A stretch of 64,000 nucleotides of DNA from contig NW_002060949.1 of assembly GCF_000150275.1 (NCBI RefSeq), positions 1,733,836 through 1,797,835 of the forward strand, in the 5' to 3' direction. Below are positions 57,185 to 64,000 of the stretch, piece by piece (positions within the stretch are counted from its first letter, which is position 1; every line of letters begins with the position of its first letter). Origin of the DNA: Trichoplax adhaerens. Lineage: Eukaryota > Animalia > Placozoa. Under the pieces are notes generated by a model, which had not been told where the DNA came from, searched no databases, and was given only the letters and a program-made list of their open reading frames with translations. The position numbers and the translations under genes are program-made.

Positions 57185-59303
57185 TAAATGGTACGATTGA
57201 CATCAAGTAAATTTTTATTATTAATTTAAGGTAAATATACTGTCTCAAGCATAAATGAAATATTCCTAGCCTTTACTAATTATGCCTTTAAGGTATCTGA
57301 TGTATACTCTCCATCAATAATTATTTTTACTAGCTGTAATTTATACAGTGCATATTTCGATTTCTTCATCAGATCGATAATAATGTCAATTTTATAGTAA
57401 TAGTGTTGTAAACACTATAATTTTAAGTTTTCGTCGATTAAGATTAATCAAATACCTTTGAATCACTTGCTATAGATACAGACTCTTTTCGGGCAATCGT
57501 TTATAGAATTTTAATTTATCGATGTAAAATTTTTTAGTTTTTACAAACGATTATAGGGAAACTATAACATAGCATCGTTAGCTAAGACTGTACGACGGTT
57601 CTACTTTATATATTCGTACAATGACTTCAAATAACAGGTCTTGCTGTGTGTCACGCTTATAAAATTCTCTAATATCTTGGGTGATAATGTAATGAAGTAT
57701 TATAATATGCATTCGATATTCTTTCGTACTTAAAGAAAACACTGCTGACGTTAATTTCCCGCAAATATTGTAATATTTAGCGGAATCCTCAAAATTGAAA
57801 CATTTATCTTTTACAATATCTTGTCAAAAAATTATTTCTCTCTTTTTTAGCATGACTTATACGTGGTTAATCGTATGTATATTGTGCCAAAAGCAATATT
57901 TCATTTTTCTCGTAAGGTTACGCGGTACGGTATAAAGTTGCTGAACCTCTGTTAAATGAGCACATTATCGTAAACCGTCAGTAAAGCGACGGGAGTTTGC
58001 ACTAGTTTGTATAAATTCTGCATCCTCCATAAATTATATCGTATAAAATAAAAAATACTTATATGGTAATCATGTAATTATTCCTTTTGGTCTAAACGTA
58101 TGTTTTATTATTGTTGAAGGATTTGATAGTATTGAATTCACAATTTTAGAGGATATGGAAAATAAATGAGGTGTGTCGCCCAGCGGCGTTGGAGGCACAT
58201 CACAATGATAATCATTCGCGCTAGTTATGTTAAAAACCATGCTTAGGCGAATTTACTAACATTGCGCACTTGGTATATTGAATTTACATTATATCACCTG
58301 CTGTAAAACTGAAATTTTAAAATTGGAGAGGTTATGATTTCACTAAAACAATGGATTATAATTATTAGTCTTGTTGTCAATGTAAACTAAGGTTATCTCG
58401 AAGAGTTAATTGCCTTATCTTCAGCAATATCATAAAGAGAGGACAATCCAGTCAGAAATACTTGGTTATAAAATTTACAACTTTTAGACGAGACAACATT
58501 TAAGTCTGTAGCGTACTGAGTCATTCATTTCTGATCAGGATAGGAGAACAGTTGTCTATTGGTACATATCAATATGCTTACAATGATTTTACTAGAGAAT
58601 CTACAAGTCTTTCCATTATATTCGTTAACATCTATTTAACTATCGTACTCTCTGACGGTAATGATTGAATGATAAATACCACGAAAAGGTATAATATGAA
58701 AGAAGAGATAATTCTATGACTCATATCTTTTGATGTTCATGACTCATATAATATCATCAATGATAAATAATCAATACTGAATGATTATATTCTTAAGAAC
58801 AATTATCATTACACACGTATAATTATTCCAGATCAATTGGGATGAGTCATTGGTCAAAGATCATTTGAAATAGTGATGACTACATCAGTATTACAGCACG
58901 GGAGCACAATAAGTAATGTGTGACTGCTAATTCAATTGATAGATACTCGTTTACCACTGAATTGTTCAGTAATAATAAGTAAAGGCTAGGTAGAATGGGA
59001 TTGAACGATTGTAAACACACTTTAAGCCAATAACGACTGGATTGATTTTTACCCATTATTTTCTGTCTATAATACTCTGTATACTGTAAAGTTCAATATC
59101 ACAAGTACATAACAGATTGCATTGGACATAGTATGCAAATAATAAAGTGTAGGCTGCATCTTTGCTGCGACTATTCGTTGTTCATTAATTATAATTAGTC
59201 AAAGCTAATACAAGCACACTGCGATAAGTTTAATGACGTTATATAATCAATCGATGAGATGCCAAAATTGAAGTGAATTGAATGACGTCATGTATCTACA
59301 CGG

Positions 59304-59665
59304 GTACAGTACAGTGATTAAAAAAAAAAACAACCTGTACTGTACTGTACAGTATAGTATACTGTACAGTACAGTACAGTACTGTAGCGTACAGTACAGC
59401 AGACATGCGTATTTCGTTTGCATGAATCATGGCGTACTGTACAGTACTACAGACATGCGTATTTCGTTTGCACGAATCTTAGCGCAAAATGATTCTTCGC
59501 GTTCGGTACAGTACAGTACTATAGAGTGCATTGTACTGTACACTACAGTATTCCACAATTCCATGGATTGTAAAACCAAATTGAATTTATAAATTTACCT
59601 ACTGTATACTACTGTTAATAAATAAATAACGGTTATTGTAATTGACTGTAGTACAGTAGTACGGT
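59304..59665. promoter_or_regulatory. TACAGTA/TACTGTA motif cloud upstream of CC2D2A, containing a 50-bp-spaced direct repeat CAGACATGCGTATTTCGTTTGCA
   Basis: Dense motif copies at 59304-59400 and 59505-59665; repeat copies start at 59400 and 59450. Confidence 0.55.
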
Positions 59666-59771
59666 AGTAATGATGCATTCCTGAAATTGAAATAATCCAT
59701 TCAACATTGATCAGAAAAGAAATACGTTTACAGGGAGAATTCAATATGGCTTCCAGGTATGCTGTATTGAT

Positions 59772-60022
59772 CTTGCTATAGCAACATAATTTGTAAGATA
59801 TCTTCATGAATGGGTCGATGATATCTTAGACCGCTCTCTACGTGCATAAACGAAATGTTAATTTACCCTAATAGCAACATCCTTATCAAGACAAATAACA
59901 ATCTTATCCATGTAATCGTACTAGTACCAAATTAAGATGGCTAATATTGTTGTTTAGAAAGAAGACAAAGTTGTTATAGAGTTTATCAACACTTAATTTT
60001 GGATATCTTGTTGCTTGGATAC
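59772..60022. promoter_or_regulatory. RFX X-box-like sites upstream of the ciliary gene CC2D2A
   Basis: CTTGCTATAGCAAC 59772-59785, ATAGCAAC half-site ~59871-59878 and GTTGCTTGGATAC 60010-60022 resemble GTTGCCATGGCAAC. Confidence 0.6.
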
Positions 60023-60216
60023 GTTACAGCATATGACATAGGTTACATAGGACATACCGAGTCTAAATTAGTATTAGAATGATTATTGCTAATCTCTAGA
60101 GATAAAATTCATTTTTAAATCGCATAATCAAGGTTATATAGTTATCCTTTTTGGGGAGTATGCTTTTAATGACTATACGTGTCTTAATTATGTTGTATTT
60201 TCTTCAAAGTGTTGAT

Positions 60217-63200
60217 ATGGTAAGCCAACTTCAGAAGAGAAGGGCTGCTCTTGAAGTGACACTACAAGTAAGCACAAATTTCAATGTCTAGATAACCTAG
60301 ACGTATGTACTATCCTGCGACATTAAGTGTTATATAGTGTATCACAACGGTGCACATTCTATCATAATGTATAGCTATATCATCCACGCTATCAATTAAT
60401 ATTATTACTACTAAATATTAGCTGATAATATTCATTAGTACTATTGAAGCTATAATACGGGTACTATATTTATCGTTAATACACTCAGATGGCACTCTTA
60501 AAACCACAGCTAAAATTAATACAGACATAGCCAACCCTTGGTCTACGGTCTTAATGATAACATCGTGACCAGACCCTTTGTCAGATTAGGCTATCGTATT
60601 TTATGTTTCATTTATTGTAAAATCTTAAAATACATGTTTCAATTTAAAATCCGCAAAAGGATTCCGGTAGTGATGCATCAAATTGGATGGAAATGTCATC
60701 AATGAATGAAAGTCAGAAAGCGAAATCTGCCAAGTTAAATGTTAGTTTAAAAAAAAGTGTCATGATGCCCTCAAATAAGTCTAGAGCAATTGTTAAATCT
60801 TAGACAAGAATCCATCATCAATATTCTCATTATTTAATGATTTAGGCTTCTAATAATATGTTAGAATCTTTAAATCAACGAAGACTCCAGCGGATACAAG
60901 ACGTAAGACATCCTGAGAGTTTTGTGTGACACGAAAATATCTCTGCTATGCGTAATCAAATCACTGTATATCGCAAAGATGACCCTAGGCTCACTAATAG
61001 TGTTTTTCACAATAGATACAAGATAGTGATCATGGAGGTGAAGCAGAAAGTGAAAATAATGAGAATAAAAACACTGGCATTGGAGGTATTTAGGCTTTAT
61101 TAAGCGTGTTTATAATAGCTAATACAGAGCCAGTCTTTTCAGTTAATGTAATTATCTTCTGACTCTATTAATATAATTTACTGATTAGGAATTATAACTG
61201 TTGGCCGTCCTAAAAGTCTAGCTGTAGAGGATAATAGCCAGCGACAAAGTGATGAAGGCGTTCTTACTACTAATTTGCGCGACAAGTTGCGTAGTAAAGT
61301 TATCGAAATGGAGGCTGTAAGTAGCAGGTCTACCTGACTTAACTATTTTAATCTATCACAATAATGTCATTTCCATAATACAAGAGCACTATTCTGCTAT
61401 TTTGATAAGAAACAGCCTACATTCAATTCAAGTTGTCAATAGTATACTTTCACATGCATGTTTACGCTGCTAATTTAGTGCTATCGAAAGTAGAGTTAGT
61501 ATGAGGTATTGTTTTGCGACTATCACCCTCCGTAAAATTTATCTCAAATGTCATTAACTTTCGGCATGATTCAGTAGAACGTAAATTATTTTAAAGTTGT
61601 ATTCTACCAAAGAAATTTATAAGTATCTTAATTTTCTCATACAAAACCATTAATTTGTATACTACCATGATTTTCATCTTACCTCAGTTTTTGATGTCTT
61701 AAAGCAACTGCAAGTTGTATACACTTATATGTAGAATACTACGCATATATGAGAATTTTAAATTCCGTCAATTTGTGAGATAGTAGCAAAGATATAATCA
61801 ATGTGTCATTACATTTATTCTACGAAAGAAATCTAATAGCTCAATTAGATTATTAAGATAACATTATACGCGTATATATTGTAAATTATAAAAAGAAAAA
61901 AGCTTTTGATTATAAATTTAAAAATTTGAGTTGTAATCTTTGAATTTTTTCCCTCATATGAATATGGGCCACCAAAAATTCACTATATGATCGAATAGGA
62001 AAATATGGAGGACGAAAGCGAAGTAAATTATGAGCTTATTTAGTCCGTCTTATTCTATCGTGACTTAAACTTTGATACATTATAACTCTAGATAGTGTTT
62101 ATTAATTATCATTTCTGACCTTTAAATTAATTTAAATTTCATTTAGCGTCCAGTTTCACGTTTGCGTGATCTTAGAGATACGGTAACAATGACTCGATTC
62201 GATGATCCTACGGTAAGATTTTAGAGCAACTATTAGCTAAAATCACTATTTACTTGCTAGCTATAATCCTACTAGACTACTAGTAATTCTTGCTTTCTTA
62301 GCCTAATTATAACTTCTTTTAATTCACAAGCTGGGGACTATCAGTCCAGTACCTCGAGATGATGATGAACAAATGGATTCAACATTAGAACGCTCTGCTC
62401 AACTATCAGCACGTTGGCGTCGTACTGGTGAACGCAAAAAAACAGCTGATGGGGTAGGTGATTCAAAGCGTTGCAAATAAAATTTCTTACTCTTGCAAAA
62501 AATTAATGTTTCATATTATCAACATTTGCTCATTTTCAGACGCCAATGCCAACATATGAAGAAAGACTGGCATTTTTTACTGGTAATTTCGACTTTGTTG
62601 ATGATGAAGACGATTTCGTTAGGAAAGAAACCCCAACTGTTACGAAACCAAAACTGACTGATATTAAAGAAGAGGACTCCCATTCTAGAAAAGACCTGGA
62701 AGAAAGAGGTACTCCAGACGATCAAGAATCAAGACCAGATGATGCTAGTCAAGAACCTGAGATAACTCAGGTATTAAAACAATTATTTTAATGATATTTA
62801 ATTCAGTCATATTATGGCTCTTACAATTGAAGTTGTGATAATAATATTAAAGGCAAGAGATGACGAAGATCAAGCTGAAAGCCAGCAACCAGCAGGAACG
62901 GAAGACGAAACTGAAGATTTATTATTAGACGACGATGGGAAATTAACGCGCCCACTTAAAGCCAGATATGTACCATTTAAAGAAAGACTAGAAAAAGAAA
63001 ATCAAATATACTATATACCCAGTGTTAATGGTGTTGATTTCAGTCAAAAAACTGAAGATACCAAAGCAGAGCCTCGTCTTTTAGAAGACGAGGGATTTTA
63101 TGTTGGTGATCAACCTGCCGTGACAACACGCAATATCAGGTTTATTGAAGAACGTATATCAAAACAAGCCAATAAGGTAAGGTAGTAAAGAAAATACATA

Positions 63201-64000
63201 TTTCACGATTATTCGGAAGCAGAGTTTTATATTATGATCGTAACAATTGTACATAATACCATTTTCAAAGTTAAATCAAAAAATTTAGCGATATTTATGA
63301 TGTATAATGCTTAAAAGTATATGTATAGTTAAGAGTTTAGCTCTAAAAGTTTTTTATTTTTGGCTCATTAGAAATATTGAACTTAATGACAATTGTAGTA
63401 AAAATAATAGATACTATTTTTACTTTAGATTGACACTAAGAAACCGTCACGATATATTAATTGGAGATGTAGTTATGTTATCAAATGAAAATATATCACA
63501 ATTTAGATTGTTATTATTAATATCAGATTTGGAAGTGATATTTTGACTGAATTATGAATCATCATTATAGGGAACGAAATGGTTTGATCAAGGTGGAAGA
63601 TTGAAATATTTAGCGGATCCGTTAAAGCAAAAAGTAACTCGTCCTGTAATAGCTCTCTTTAAAGATGATGAAGAATCTAGCTTAAAATTAGATTATGTTA
63701 AGGTAAGCAGCAGGACAATATTATAACCATTTTATGTTTTTAAGTTGTTACTTTATGCTATGATTAACGACTAATGTTTTGTATCATCAATTAAAATGTA
63801 TAATCTTAGTTTTATTCCTTTATCATTTGTCGAAATTTAATTGGAATAAATATTTCTTTAAGTAAAGATACAAAAATACGAATAAAAAGAGCGTTTTCAT
63901 AACAATTTAGCACTTATTAACACTTTTGCAGCCCATTGTGACTTCACAAGATAGCTATGTAAAATCAAACGCTAAAGAATCTCAAGATTATCAGCTAGAT
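60217..64000 (+). CDS. CC2D2A: Coiled-coil and C2 domain-containing protein 2A (MKS6, ciliary transition zone), 5' part only
   Basis: Acidic, low-complexity N-terminal exons from ~60217, then PTYEERLAFFT, YYIPS, PRLLEDEGFYVGDQPAVTTRNIRFIEERI and KWFDQGGRLKYLADPLK..RP, which parallel conserved CC2D2A blocks (PRFLEDEGLY, WF.DDGRIL.LPNPIK). Start codon tentative. Confidence 0.88.

Overview
AT-rich, gene-dense, short-intron animal genomic DNA. Composition and gene architecture suggest a placozoan (Trichoplax-like); this is an inference, not proven from the sequence. Hand-splicing gives eight conserved multi-exon genes: an adhesion GPCR (CUB-Ig-Ig-HRM-GAIN/GPS-7TM, minus, runs off the left edge), TRNAU1AP/SECp43 (-), a SUN-domain protein (+), UCKL1 (+), EFR3 (-), MCPH1 (+), a DIPP-type Nudix hydrolase (-) and the 5' part of CC2D2A (+, runs off the right edge). 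The top finding lies in the apparently empty 50.7-59.3 kb interval: a 59-aa ORF (57005-57184, one residue under the apparent 60-aa cut-off of the ORF track) with a textbook BH3 motif (LATQLKNIGDEMN) and a C-terminal hydrophobic anchor, i.e. a candidate BH3-only pro-apoptotic micro-protein of the Noxa/Bik/Bim type. Also noted: a TACAGTA/TACTGTA motif cloud at most gene starts, RFX X-boxes at CC2D2A, a homopolymer frameshift in the adhesion GPCR signal peptide, GC-AG introns, a MITE and several tandem repeats. Exon boundaries were read by eye and may be off by a few bases.
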